From Obrimoposthia wandeli (Eukaryota): a DNA stretch of 64,000 bases. Position 1 is the stretch's first letter. Each line of letters starts with the position of its first letter. Shown here piece by piece: positions 51,868 through 64,000 of the stretch. The DNA is taken from assembly GCA_977020255.1 (NCBI GenBank), contig CDROCS010001822.1:124001-188000 (forward strand). Reading direction: 5' to 3'. Below the pieces are notes generated by a model that saw only the letters and a program-made list of their open reading frames with translations, had not been told where the DNA came from and searched no databases. A program made the translations under genes and the position numbers.

Positions 51868-54800
51868 GTGAGTGTCTTTTAGAGGATTATTTTTATTTTA
51901 AAAACTTTAAAATATCAGATATTAATAAACACGATAAAATACTTTCAAACTGAATATCAGATAATCGCAAGCTCCACAAAATCGGGTCTAAACAACAGAA
52001 TTCACCAAATTATTAATACAAGTAGGTGGATGTGTCCGGTCTAATCCATCCCTATGTAGGACGACGTACCTCTGTCCATTAAAACCGCGTATGAGCGTAT
52101 GGAGTGAGATTTCATGCACATTTGTATAAAAAATGAGACGGGCTAAGATTATAAAAGCAACGAATGAGGTAGGATTATTTTTATTTAAATCATACGATTT
52201 TTAATTTATCTTAATTCATAAACTCGAACTGAGCAAACCTCTCGCCACTTTGACACCAAGGGAAGCAGCAAGAGAAGGATCAACAAGAGGAGAAGCAGCA
52301 CGAGAAAAAGGGCACAGAGATCCCAATACATCAATCTGATTTGCCTGGATTCGATAGAAAATTGGGAAGACTGTACTCCTCAGCGGAATACCGTCAACGT
52401 TGTTCAGCCGTCAACTTCAGCGGAAAGAGCAAAGACACAATCGGTGACACCATCGAGTAAAAGGAGCAACCTCTTCAACAACATTGATGCTAAGATCAAA
52501 CGCCAATGTTCGTAGTAATTGATACCTTTGTCTCAAACGGATAGGGTCTTCGCTCCAGACACTGACAAGGACTTGTTTAGCGATGAAGAACCTGCTGACG
52601 ATTAAACAACTTTCAAACCGGCAACACAACAGGAGGATGAAAGAAATTTGACTCTGTTTTTCGAGGATTGGGACGACGTGATTTCAAATATCTCATTGAA
52701 TTCTGTCGCACGAGAAATCAGAGACATAATAATGCCAAGTATGATGAGAACGAGGATTTAGCTCCTTTTCTAGACGAAATGAACGGCGCCACCCCAACGC
52801 TCCCGACAAGCAGCGTAGCTCTAACCACAATGATTCAATCATCGCCGAGTTGGACGATGACGAGTGACACATATTCACCGACGAATGAGATGGTCTTACC
52901 ACATCACCTGCTGCTACTCCAACTTCTACTGCAAATGACACGGTGCTGCTGCCAGAGACCGTATTTTAAAGGCCACGGACTCCTGTGAGACGGGCTAGGA
53001 GAATAAATGCGACGAATGAGACTGGCTTATTTATTTATATCAAGGTTTTTAAATTTATCTTTCTTCAGAAACTCCACCTAGATATGGCGCAATCTGTGAC
53101 TTCTGTGAACAGGAGATTATCGCCAGCTAAAACAGTCAGGAGTTATCGAGGATTCAGTTGCGATACCTACCGTGCTACGATAATATTTAAGTAAGAGGCT
53201 GCTCCTATAATACCGGCAGATCAGAAATATGCAGTGGTGCGTAAATCAAGGAAGCAAGGTGACGAAGAAAATCATCTGAAGAAAGAAATCGAAGTTGTCG
53301 AAACATGGGAAACTGCCAATTATAAAATTAAATTATTGATATATTTTGAATTTTTTTTTATGCATGAACCCGATCAGGTGTAGCTACTGGAGAAATTGCT
53401 GGGAGAGGATACTCATATCTCAACAAACTACAAGCAGTTAACGGCAGTACACTGGCAGAAAAAGAGGACAGTGACAACCAAAAGCCTCACGACTGCAGTG
53501 GCGCTGTCGGTGCAGCAAGATAAACTACCATCAACTGCAGACTACAGGCCTATCTTGTACCTGAGAATCCCAGTCCATCCGATCGAGATTACTCCTTCAG
53601 CAAGCCATCGTCGTCTGTAGGAGACAATATTGGTCAAGAACTCGAAACTCCGCACCCACAGCCGCAACCAACATACGGGTATCATGTTTTCAAACGGCAA
53701 CAGGATGCAGTGGCACGGCAGCTGGAGTGTAAGAGGAAGATGTGAGGCCCAAAATAAGAAGAAGGCTGTAGCTTCTATATCTCTGCCATAAACCTAATCG
53801 GTTGGGACATCTACTTCTAAATAGATGTTGATGCGTTTCCTAAAAAAGAAGCAATGGATTGTAACAATTCGGCTATATGGTTACAAGAAGAATGAACTTG
53901 GAACAAAGCTACCTATGTGAATATTAAACATGCTCATATACCTATGTTTTGACTGTTTTTTTCTTCTATGTTACTTTATTTTACCATGCTTTTTTCGTTT
54001 GTTTATTTTTACATGTATTCAAGTAATAAATAGTAATCAGTTTTATTTATTTGTATCTTGTTTAAATATATATATTTTTATGAACTTTGTTTTTCCATAT
54101 GTTTTATTTATTTTAGAATGGATGCTCTTCTGAGTTATGTACGAAATTTTTAAAAACCGGAAAGATTTTGAAAAGGAAAATCGTGTAATATATTAAAAAA
54201 TGCATCAAATTATACAAGTTATAAATCCTGTAAAAATATCAGAAGTCGAAAATAAATACATAATTAAAATCTTTACATTTGATATTGATCAATTCAAAAA
54301 TATTTTGGAATTTTACATATCTGATTATGCATACAAAGGAAATTATTTCAAATTAGAGATGGCCATGATTATTTGATTACTTCACTTTTAGATAGAGAAA
54401 TATGGAATATTTCAAAATGGTTTAATGGATATTATGCTGATGGCGATGAAAAATACAATCTCTTTGGTCTTTGAATGAAGCTAATATGGTGTTTTTTATT
54501 TGATATTTGTGTTGATTTACTAAATGTATTGAAATTAATTTTTGTCTTGTTTTGTATTTTTTCTCCTAAAATGTTAAAAGTCTGACCTACATATTTTGCC
54601 CTCCTTACAGGCATGAAAATGTAGTAATTTATTCATACAAAATTATCATCTAAAATCTTGTCTACGGTAAGTCGATTACTGACGATGTAATATGGATTCC
54701 TTTGGTCTTCTATAATAAAATTTCCTTGGAGGTCGGATGTGAAATGTCACTTCATACTCAAAATATTGATCCTGGAACTCTTTATTCCTTTTATTTATTA

Positions 54801-55199
54801 GCTGATCGTATCAAGTTATGGAGGGAATATGATGGGAATCTTTTCGAAAAAAAATTCTAGTAAACGCTAAATATTATGTTTTTTTTTGTACCATGAAATT
54901 ATTTGAGAATTCAAACTATACCAAGATGCATAATAAAATTCTATTTTTTATCATATTTGATTGAAAGTTTTTCAAATTCTGTATTGGAATTCATTCATAA
55001 AAATGTCACTTTTGTTAATTTAAACGTTTATTATTGAAACTTTACAGATGAAGTTCTATGCAATTAAAAAGCTTACATTAACGAACCAAACATCATTTTC
55101 AAATATAAACAAATTCAAATTAAATTAGTCATAGTGGTTCAAAATGTTATAAAACATAAAAGATGTTTCCTCGTAACCGATTGATTTTGTTAACGAAAT

Positions 55200-55450
55200 A
55201 ATTTTATATTAGTTAATCTTTTCCAAGGGCCGTCATCTAGGAACTCTAAACTATTAAAAACCAAAATTTTAAGATATAAAGTTAGATAAAAATCTCACTC
55301 TCATCTGAACGGGTTCTCTCCGAGCAACAGGTAAAGGGACTGGGGAAATTTTAGTTACAGACGTCATCATTATGGTTAAACTTTGTAGTATTTTAAATGT
55401 CTATAAGGTCTTCTAATTGCTGGCCACTGGCTTTGATTTTTTATAGTTCA
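55200..55450 (-). mobile_element. Possible hAT transposase fragment
   Basis: Minus frame reads FPSPFTCCSERTRS, resembling LPVTTCSxERSFS; short and degraded. Confidence 0.3.
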
Positions 55451-57473
55451 AATTTCTATGTTTCAGGAATTCCATTAATAAAGTAATTTATTAAAATAAA
55501 AGTATAGTTTTATATTTGAAGCCAAACACAATTATAAAATTACACAATTTTAGGTATGATATATATTAAATATAATGCGTTTTTAGAGACTTTTTATAAT
55601 AAATGATGTCTTTTGATAAATGTGGCTTTGAATATTCATTATTCATTGTACAAGGAAATTCGCTGTCGTTTTTGAAGAGCCATTCAAATTTTGCCTTTTA
55701 ACAATTCACAATTTCCCCCTTCAGTTTTGAACCGTGCATTACAGTCAGATTTTTTAAACAAAGAGTATTTAACCTCCCTTTCGCCACTGTACAACGTTTT
55801 ACATTAATTAAGTTGAAATTATGGAATTAGTGGCCAACGAGCCAAAGAAATTCTATAAATCTTTTATTTGACTTTACTGCATTAAAATCTACCCGAAAGA
55901 GGTGTTTAGATGAACATTCGGTTTCTTAATAATAGAAAACAAACACTCGTAGTATTATGTCCTTCAAAATCCTTTAAAAAATACACCGCGGAGAAACGAG
56001 TTTTATGCTCAGAAAGTGCATTTTAAAATTAGCTAGATTTTAGCCATTTTGAGTTATGAAATTAATTTTATAATTGATTTATCAACCCAGCAGCAGCATG
56101 CTTCAAATGGAAAATGTAGGCCGAATTTTGCTTTAAAATGAAACAATTAACTGAAACTTAAACGGAAACCTCAATATCGATAATGTCATAAAATTTCAAT
56201 CCAAATGGTACATTAAATCAAATGTTATAAACGTTTCTACAGCCAATAGATCTAATCGACATCCCACGAGGATAAGTGCGTGTGAAATATTAGTTTATTT
56301 AGATGACTGAGTTATTCATTTAAAAAATATTAATCTGTTGTTACTCTGAATTACAATAAAATGATAAATTATACAGAAAAATCAAAATTTTATCGAGTTT
56401 TGTGAAGTTTACTGTATTCAATCTGAAACATTTATTGTGAGACACGGTTTTTCAACAACTCACTTTAGACGTCAGCTACAGAAAACTAAAAAGAAATTAT
56501 AAGTTCAACTTAGAAGTGTAATTAAAAGCATAGAAAAGAAAAACATTCCTAAATTGAAAATTCTTTGTAATCTCTAAACAAAGTCTTTGTATCTAAAATA
56601 CGACTAAAGCAATAAAGAACGGATTTTGTGATGCTGATAGTCTCAACTAATGTAAACATCATAAGAATTTTTGAAACATCCATGACCATATATATAAAAT
56701 ATTTATTTTAATTCAAATAAAAAATCAATTGCCATTTTAGTTAATTACCCGAAGATTTTAAAGTATCATTTTTAATTAACATTTTCCAGAGAGCGAAGTG
56801 ATCAAGGAAATAATTTTTTCCTAGCATTGTAAATTTCAGTTATGTCATATTATGTTGAAATGATTGTACAATCAAGAAAATTAAATTATAACATTAATTT
56901 TGATATAAACATCAAAACTTGTAGCACAGGTATTTTTGGTATCAAAGGAAAATATTAAAAACTTACAAGTTGCTCTTCACAAAAATATACAAATATTTAA
57001 TGTGATTTAATTTTTAAATATATCCGTATAAATTGGAAAAATATTTTTAATTTATTTTGTAAAATAGATTAATAAAAATATTTACAATTGTCGAATCTTC
57101 GATTATTTACTCAACAGCTTATCAGGCAAATTATGTAATTAATGAAATGTACTTATAGTATATAGTATATTTCATTATATGATGCAGCAAACTTACTGAA
57201 TTAGTTGGCCATTCAAACAATTTACGAATTACTATTTAATATATTGTATTCAAATCGTTGAATTACTTCTTTCTAAAAAGAAGATAGTCAAACCCAAATT
57301 GCGTGGTTTAAGGCCGATGGCTGCTGTGCCTGGGTTGGTGTGTTGGTGAGTGCGACTGTGTATTATCCAGTCAGAATTGGACTGAGAGCAGAGTTGTGAA
57401 TGGTTTTATGTTGTTGATGTAATGTAAATAAAAAGAACAGACGATCAATTTTATTACTGATACGAGTCTTAAT

Positions 57474-57627
57474 GTTGAAGATCCACACCCTGATGTTGCT
57501 GAAGCGGTTCTATATGATAGATTCCAGTAGAATATATTTTTGTCTATAAGATTATGCAGAGATTTGGTTACGAGAAAATCTTTTAGTTATGCTTATGTGA
57601 ATTACAATTTCACAACTGAAGCAAATG
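57474..57627 (+). pseudogene. PABPC1: Poly(A)-binding protein RRM1 fragment (processed pseudogene piece)
   Basis: VED(P)HPDVAEAVLYDRF..(frameshift)..LSIRLCRDLVTRKSFSYAYVNY vs [40 protein letters not shown]. Confidence 0.8.
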
Positions 57628-57649
57628 TAGCAATGATTAGTGCTGTTAG

Positions 57650-58190
57650 GATTAGTGCTGAAGCTTGTTCAGCTATGTTAGATGGAGTAGATGTAGCAAA
57701 GGTAGTTCAAGATGTTGATGTTGATCAAGTTGGTCAAAGAATGAAAATATTTCACAAGTTTCTATAACATCTGCCGATGTGGATACGGTATGTGGTGATG
57801 TTATTGAAGGACTGACGTTTAATAGAGGTTATAGCTCACCATACTTTATCTAGACCAACAGAAAAGAAAATATCAAATAGTCAAAGTATTATTTACGATT
57901 TAGAGTTAACTTACAAAACGAAACATCCTCTTCTAATTGTTGTCGAAGGTGTAGACGGAGAAATGTTAACAACTCTTGTTTTGAATCTGTTGAAATTAGG
58001 TCTTCAAGTTTGTGCAGTTAAATCTCAAGGATTTGGTGACAATTATAAAGATACAATGCGAGATTTGGCTATTGCTTCTGGTAGGCATTGTGTTTGGTGT
58101 TGAAGCTGGAACTTTCGAATGGGAAGATTTGTAGATTCATAATTTAAGCAAAGATAAGGCCATGAGGGTTGCTGTAATGGCTGCCAAGAA
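57650..58190 (+). pseudogene. HSPD1: HSP60 (chaperonin 60) fragments with internal deletions
   Basis: AEACSAMLDGVDV; IEGLTFNRGYSSPYFI; KISNSQSI...PLLIVVEGVDGEMLTTLVLNLLKLGLQVCAVKSQGFGDNYKDTMRDLAIASG. Confidence 0.85.
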
Positions 58191-58199
58191 ACACCTACA

Positions 58200-61100
58200 A
58201 AAATATACAATGGAATAAAATAATTCAGAGTTTGATGAGCGACGCAATGTTGAATTTGTACATAGAGGTCTTCGACAAAAACAAAAGTTGACTTTTCATA
58301 GTTTTAATGGAAATTCTTATGAATTTGAGAAAGACACATTTAACGCTTTAATTAATAAGGTAGCGGGAGATAAAGTCCATAATTTATTACATTTACGGCA
58401 ATATCTGGGTAAAAGACCATTGAGATTAATAGAGAATCTAGATTCCACAGCATAATAATATGATGTAGCACTTGGATGACAGTAGGTTACAAAAACGGGT
58501 TATATTTCAAAATATTTCACAAAATTACAACAGATTCAAATGAAAAATTGGACTAGATGGATGCGATATGAAGATTTTGACGAAAGTTTTTGTAATCGTT
58601 AAAATGGGCCCAGCAAGAAATGACACTTTTTTGAAATTTTAACTAGATTTTAAGATGTGAAAAGAAAAGATGATTATAAGCATAATTTTCTTAGTATAAC
58701 AAATGAAATAGACGTTAAAAAACAAGTTTTCATTAAAAATATAAAATACAGATCGTAATAAACATTGGTTAAAGTGCGGAAAAAGTCACAATACTGAACA
58801 GTGTGAAAAGTTAAAGCAAATGAAAGTAAAAGAACACATAAAGTGGGTTAAAATGGGCATCTGTAAAAATTTTATTAAAAAGGGTCAATAGACCTACAAA
58901 ATTATGTCGAAAATAAAGATGTATCTTCCAACATCATTGTCTTTTACATGTGAATAACTTCAACGACTTAAAGTCTGAGAACGATTTCGATGAACAGGAG
59001 AAATCTCACTTAACAAGATACATAAATTGTAAATCAAATTGTATCAATAAGAACAATTGCCATGATAATACCTAATGGCCCTAGAGAAGTTACGATAGAT
59101 GCTCTACTAGACAATGCAAGTACAACCCGTTTTCTTAATAACAAGGTTGCTGACTATCTAAGTTAGAAACTATATGAAATTAATACTCAATGGAACGATT
59201 GGAAGAAGAAACGAGTCAATGATTTGTTGGGAGGTAATCTGCAAAATTGAAAGTTATAATAGACATAAATATATAGTTTTATAAATGTTTTGGCAGTTAA
59301 ATAAATAACATCTGAATTAATTATAATATATTGAACAGGTGCAGCAAGAAATTGGAATCATGTAGAGGGAATAAGGTTTCCTTCGATAGAAAAAGCAATT
59401 CAATTTGATATAACCCTTGGTGCAGACCAAATTGAATTACAACGGTTAATTAGAGAAATCGTTGAAAACTAAGGTAATGATAGAGTAAGATTAACTCAGC
59501 TGGAATGGACATGCATAGCGAGAGTAAAAGTGATACGAGTTGTACAAATCAAACAAATTTCATTCATGCGTTTTCAACAAATACTCTACATGATGTTCAA
59601 TTAGATTTTCTTGGGAAATTGATCCTATTTAAAATGAAAAATATGACATGTCTAAACCAGATTGAAAGAAATGATCAGAATAGATGGTCGGTACTACATA
59701 AAAATATCATGGAAACAAAATAAAGATCAATTACTCCCAAATAAAAATGTTGTATTAAATTATTTAGAATCGTTGCATTGGTGGCTAAACAATGATTCCT
59801 CTCTAAAAGTGAATATTCAAAAATGAGCAATAACAAAATAGAGAACGGATATTTATAGGTGAGATATGAATCAAAAGATGTAATTACAAAATGGTATTTA
59901 TCTCACTTACCAGTTATCCGAATTGACAAAGAAACTACAAAAAACGTAAATAATTGATACTGGGGTAAAAGTAAATAGTTTGTGTCTCAATGATATCATT
60001 GAATGTGAACCTAAGCTACAATGAAATTTAGAAAATTTGTTTTTGCGTTCTGACCGAAAAAAATATAGCTCAAGTGTGCAAGGTTTCTTTAATGTATTTG
60101 CCAATAGTTGTTCTTCAATAGGATAAAATATGGTTACGATTTCTGTGGAAGAATAACGAATCAAAACTGGAGATTTATAAATATGAGAGAGTTGTTTTTG
60201 GATTAAACACATTACAACTTTAAGCAGAGTTAATAATAAGAGGAAATACTCGTAGATTTAATCAGACCATTCGGAGCCGCTGAAGCAGGGTTCAAATCTA
60301 ACTAAATGGATGACACATTAGATTCCGTTGAATCAGTAGAAGAAGCAATAAGTTTAAAAATGATTTGACTGATGCTTGGAAAGAAGCTGGAATGATAGCG
60401 AAAAAGTGGATTAGCAAAATGACGATGTAAATCACACTATCGCAGTAGAGGAAAGAGCAAATGAACTACAAATAGAAGATAAAGCTGAATAATAATTTGA
60501 ACTTTAGGAATTAGCTGACAATCGACAGAGGATGTTTTAACATTTTCAGTAAATTTGAATGATGATCATGTAGTGACCAAGAGTACGTTTTTAGGGTGTT
60601 TGTCCAGAATATTCGATCTATTAGATTAATAAGCCGTTGGATGATATATGCTAAGATAATTATACAGCGAATTTGGTTGTCCAGAAGTGGATAGGATGAC
60701 AGTTTAAGTAAAGTTTTGAAAGAGAGCTTTAATGTTGGATAACCGTTTTTCATGCTTTAGTTAAAGTTCAAATTCAACATTGATTAATGAAAACAGACAA
60801 CAAAGCTTTAAGAATATGTTTATTTGTGGATGCCTCTATTGTAGCTTATGGAGCCGTATCGTATATCCAAGAAACTAATTTGGATAAAGTGGAAGTTCGA
60901 CTAATTGTATCAAAAGCAGAAGTAACATCTTCAAAACCAGCAAGTATTCAAAGATTAGAACTAATAGCGGCATGCAAAGAAGTTCGATTCGCAATGTTGA
61001 TTGTAAGCGCTTGGTTATGTTTTGATGTGACTGTGGAACCGTGCTTCGGTAGATGAAACAAACGAACTGGTGCTATAAAACGTTTGTTGTTAATCGAAAT

Positions 61101-61900
61101 ATGACAGATACCAGAAGACACAATTCCCGAATAATGGCGATGTGATTTGGTCTCGTGACAATGACGCATTTCATTGTGCTAATAATACAGTATGGTGGCA
61201 TGGACCAAAATGTTTAAAGAAGAGTGAGACAAAATGGACAGAAAGTTCGAATTTTCTGAACAAACGTTATGATACAGAAAAAAAGAAACCTATAATTACA
61301 TTAGTTACTTCAGTTTAAAATGGTTTCCCGCTGAAGATTTATTCCAGTTTTAATAGATTAGCGAGAGTACGAGCTTTATTTTGCGATTTCTTAATAATTG
61401 TAAAGTTAGACAATGAAAATGGAGATCAGGAAAAGTTAGTGTGAAAGAATTAGAATTTAGTGAAATAGAATTATACAAAAACCATCAGAATTGAATTGGA
61501 CTGGAAAAGTGAGAAGATCAAGCAAACTGCTGAAAGTGAACTCAAATTTAGATGACTTTCAAATCATGCAATCAAATTCCGGACTAGTTCATGCACACTT
61601 TTAGATCTAGATTCGAGATACTCCATAGTTTTGCCAGGAAAATGTTGGATAACTCGATTATTGGTCAAAGAAGTACATGGGAAACTCAAACCTTGTGCAG
61701 GCGTTCGACATATATTAAACGCAATACAACGACGGTTTAAAATGCCAAGAGTGAGACAAATTATCCTAAAAAAGAAAATCAAGGCGTGTTTCGTACCAAA
61801 TTTAAAGCTATGTCCATGTTTCAAATAATGCATCCTTACCCAGTTTGCGTTTTGAGGTACACTTAACCCATTAACGACGTGCGTATCTATATAGATAAAA
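58200..61900 (+). mobile_element. Decayed BEL/Pao LTR retrotransposon gag-pol
   Basis: Gag-like LHLRQYLGKRPLRLIENL; protease LLDNASTTRFL; Pao RNase H LFVDASIVAYGAVSY and IVSKAEV...SIQRLELIAA (60787-61056); integrase zinc region LLVKEVHGKLKPCAGVRHILNAIQRRF (61631-61828). Confidence 0.82.
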
Positions 61901-62107
61901 TTCCACTGCAATTAGTAGATCTTAGATAATTTATAGACTGATTTTGTTATAGCTAGTAATATTAATCTAGCTGCAATCCCCAGAAAATGCAACAGTCAAC
62001 AGACCGCTATCATGAATAGAAGTCGAAAGTAAATATCTACGTTTACTATGCACTTTCGCATGATATATACTTTTACATTCAAATTTCGGTGGTTTACAAT
62101 AATACTA

Positions 62108-62365
62108 CAGTCAGACCTCTACATAACGAACACTGTACATAACGAACACTGTACATAACGAACACTGTACATAACGAACACTTTTTTTTAACGAACGGTA
62201 AACCAAAATTCCCTGGATTTTTATTGCTTTTTTGAACTTTAAATACATGTCTTATTGTAGTTTATTTTGTTTTATAAATAAAAGTTTATTAAATTGTTCG
62301 TTCCATTTTTTAACGAACATGGAATTTTTTGAAAAGTTGGTGTTCGTTATGTAGAGGTCTGACTG
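62108..62365. mobile_element. 258-bp Tc1/mariner-type (pogo/Tigger-like) MITE
   Basis: 26-bp TIR CAGTCAGACCTCTACATAACGAACAC, TA duplication on both sides, and four 16-bp subterminal repeats TACATAACGAACACTG at the left end. Confidence 0.92.
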
Positions 62366-62599
62366 TACATAATGTAAGGTAACAAGATTATATGTTTATC
62401 CATACTATTTTATTGGAATGCATTTCTGTTGTTGGAATATGGTGGCATAATAAGAATACGCTGGGCGGATACGATCTCTTTCAACGTGTTCTATGTTCGT
62501 ATGCTAGTAAAGAAAGAAAACTTTGTGGATATACTACAATAAAACATAATTTCGTTTCGTGTATTTATCTGTTTATTTGCAATTTGAAGAATGCTTAAG

Positions 62600-63215
62600 A
62601 GTAAGAATATTTTTAGGAACTTGATGAGTAATTTTTTTTCGTTGCTTGATGAAGATGAAGACGAAGAAGGAAAAGTGGATAAAGTTCTTATAGAACCTCC
62701 CGTGTGTTATATAAATTTTGTAGAAGATTCAGTCAATGAAGACGAGTTCTACAGGATGGACAATATGTTTGGGTCTCAACTTCGTTCAAGAGCGTCACTC
62801 GGATACAGAAGTGGAAAGCGACTGGAATGTCCAATTGAATCTAAAATAGATTCTAAACGTAAGAATATTTAATTGGTCTCATTTTCACAAATCTGTTGTT
62901 TCCAGCAAATAACTACAAACAATTTTGTGACAAAACTCCAGATCATATATTTGAAATATTCTTTGACAACAATGTGATGGCTGACATGATAAAATAAATT
63001 CAGAAGTATGCACTTTAAAGTAAAAAGTGATCCAGGAGTTACTATTGAAGAAATAAAAGTGTTTATTGGTATTCTAATAGTGACAGGGAGCAATCAACTA
63101 TCATCCGAAAGACAATATTAAGAATCTGAAAATGATACAAGAAACGAAGGATACATAGAGTAATGCACATAAACAGATTTCTACAAATAAAACAATTCCC
63201 ACATTTTGCTTATAA
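62600..63215 (+). mobile_element. piggyBac-like transposase remnant
   Basis: TPDHIFEIFFDNNVM...KYA...VTIEEIKVFIGILIVTG...RQY*...MHINRFLQIKQFPHFA follows the piggyBac transposase pattern, with stops. Confidence 0.75.
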
Positions 63216-63909
63216 CACCACTGTCCTTTAAAACTGTGCATGTGTGTGGAGTGAAATTTCGTATATGTGCGTCCGGCCTAATCCTCTTCACCCATGGGGT
63301 GTCCAAAACATTTTTATCGCGGCACGAAGCTTCTTCTATTAATTTATTTCACTATATACTCAAAATTTATCGAATTCACATACCCCTTCTCAATTATGTA
63401 ATTATTTATTCAGAAAGTTTGAATTTCAAATTAAAAAGTGATTAAAGAAGACCACAGGAATCCAAATTGATCTCATCGGCTTATCGTGCACGAGATTTAA
63501 GATAATACTTTTATATGAATAAATGACTGTTAGGATGACAAAAATATGTAGCTCAGACTTTTATATTTTTATGAGAAAAAACACAAACCCGTCTAAATTA
63601 TTAATTTTTTCAAATGGCACTGACAATGAAGGGGTTCGTTTTGTTGACAAAAGATTTTTTGGAAAAATTAAGAGTAAACAAATTTTATCAGAATTACAAA
63701 ATAATGATACAACAAGAGATAATATTGAAATATTGGTTAGATCACATGTGATTCGAGATTTTAGAAATCGAACGCAAATAAATAAAATTATAGCCAAAAA
63801 TTCATTATTTAATTTTTGTATTTCATCAACAGTAGCTCTGGCATTATACTTTCCAATAAGGAAACTTAAATGATAATAAACACAATATTAAAATGAAAAA
63901 GTATATGTA

Positions 63910-64000
63910 ATGGAGCTGAATAATAATGCCGTATTTCAAATAGTTGGTATTAGTGGAAGTGGAAAGACTCATTTCGTATGTAAATTGTTACAAAATGAAA
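63910..64000 (+). CDS. N-terminus of a P-loop ATPase, probably Polinton/Maverick packaging ATPase (runs off the window)
   Basis: MELNNNAVFQIVGISGSGKTHFVCKLLQNE: Walker A very close to the N-terminus, intronless, next to a dense AT-rich ORF (63523-63873). Confidence 0.5.
   Translation, partial: MELNNNAVFQIVGISGSGKTHFVCKLLQNE

Noticed and set aside
52030-53810. GC-richer block with a repeated TGAGACGGGCTA motif and short ORFs inside the GPCR intron
   Set aside because: Probably a decayed transposon, but no diagnostic termini or domains; it does not encode the missing GPCR helices.
1-64000. tRNA or rRNA genes
   Set aside because: None recognised; the only tRNA-related sequence is the 18-nt PBS.

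Overview
AT-rich, intron-containing animal genomic DNA dominated by transposons; the giant LTR element would fit a planarian-type genome, but the organism is inferred. The centrepiece is a young, nearly intact 23.3-kb Ty3/gypsy element (14666-37997). It has TG...CA LTRs, a 4-bp ATCT target-site duplication and an elongator tRNA-Met primer-binding site. Apart from one probable 1-nt indel in gag, it encodes a single polyprotein of about 5,300 aa. Domain order: capsid, CCHC knuckle, ubiquitin-like, Bcl-2-like, signal peptide plus chuvirus-type glycoprotein, protease 1, BIR, BIR-like, RING (IAP), protease 2, RT, RNase H, integrase, three Ig/IPT-like repeats, active dual-specificity phosphatase, pseudophosphatase, and several membrane segments. 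Three small RING-H2 genes follow, each with a splice acceptor just before its ATG. The LTR carries AUG-free leader exons whose layout recurs in a diverged solo LTR (43086-45943), as in a complex retrovirus. A decayed minus-strand relative lies at 1-3170. Host genes are an intronless DTD2/ATD and the first three exons of a class C GPCR. Other features: an RFX X-box island, a PABP-HSP60 chimeric pseudogene, and relics of gypsy, BEL/Pao, hAT, Penelope, piggyBac, MITE and probable Polinton elements. Giant 'Burro' gypsy elements are known from Schmidtea, so novelty must be checked against them.
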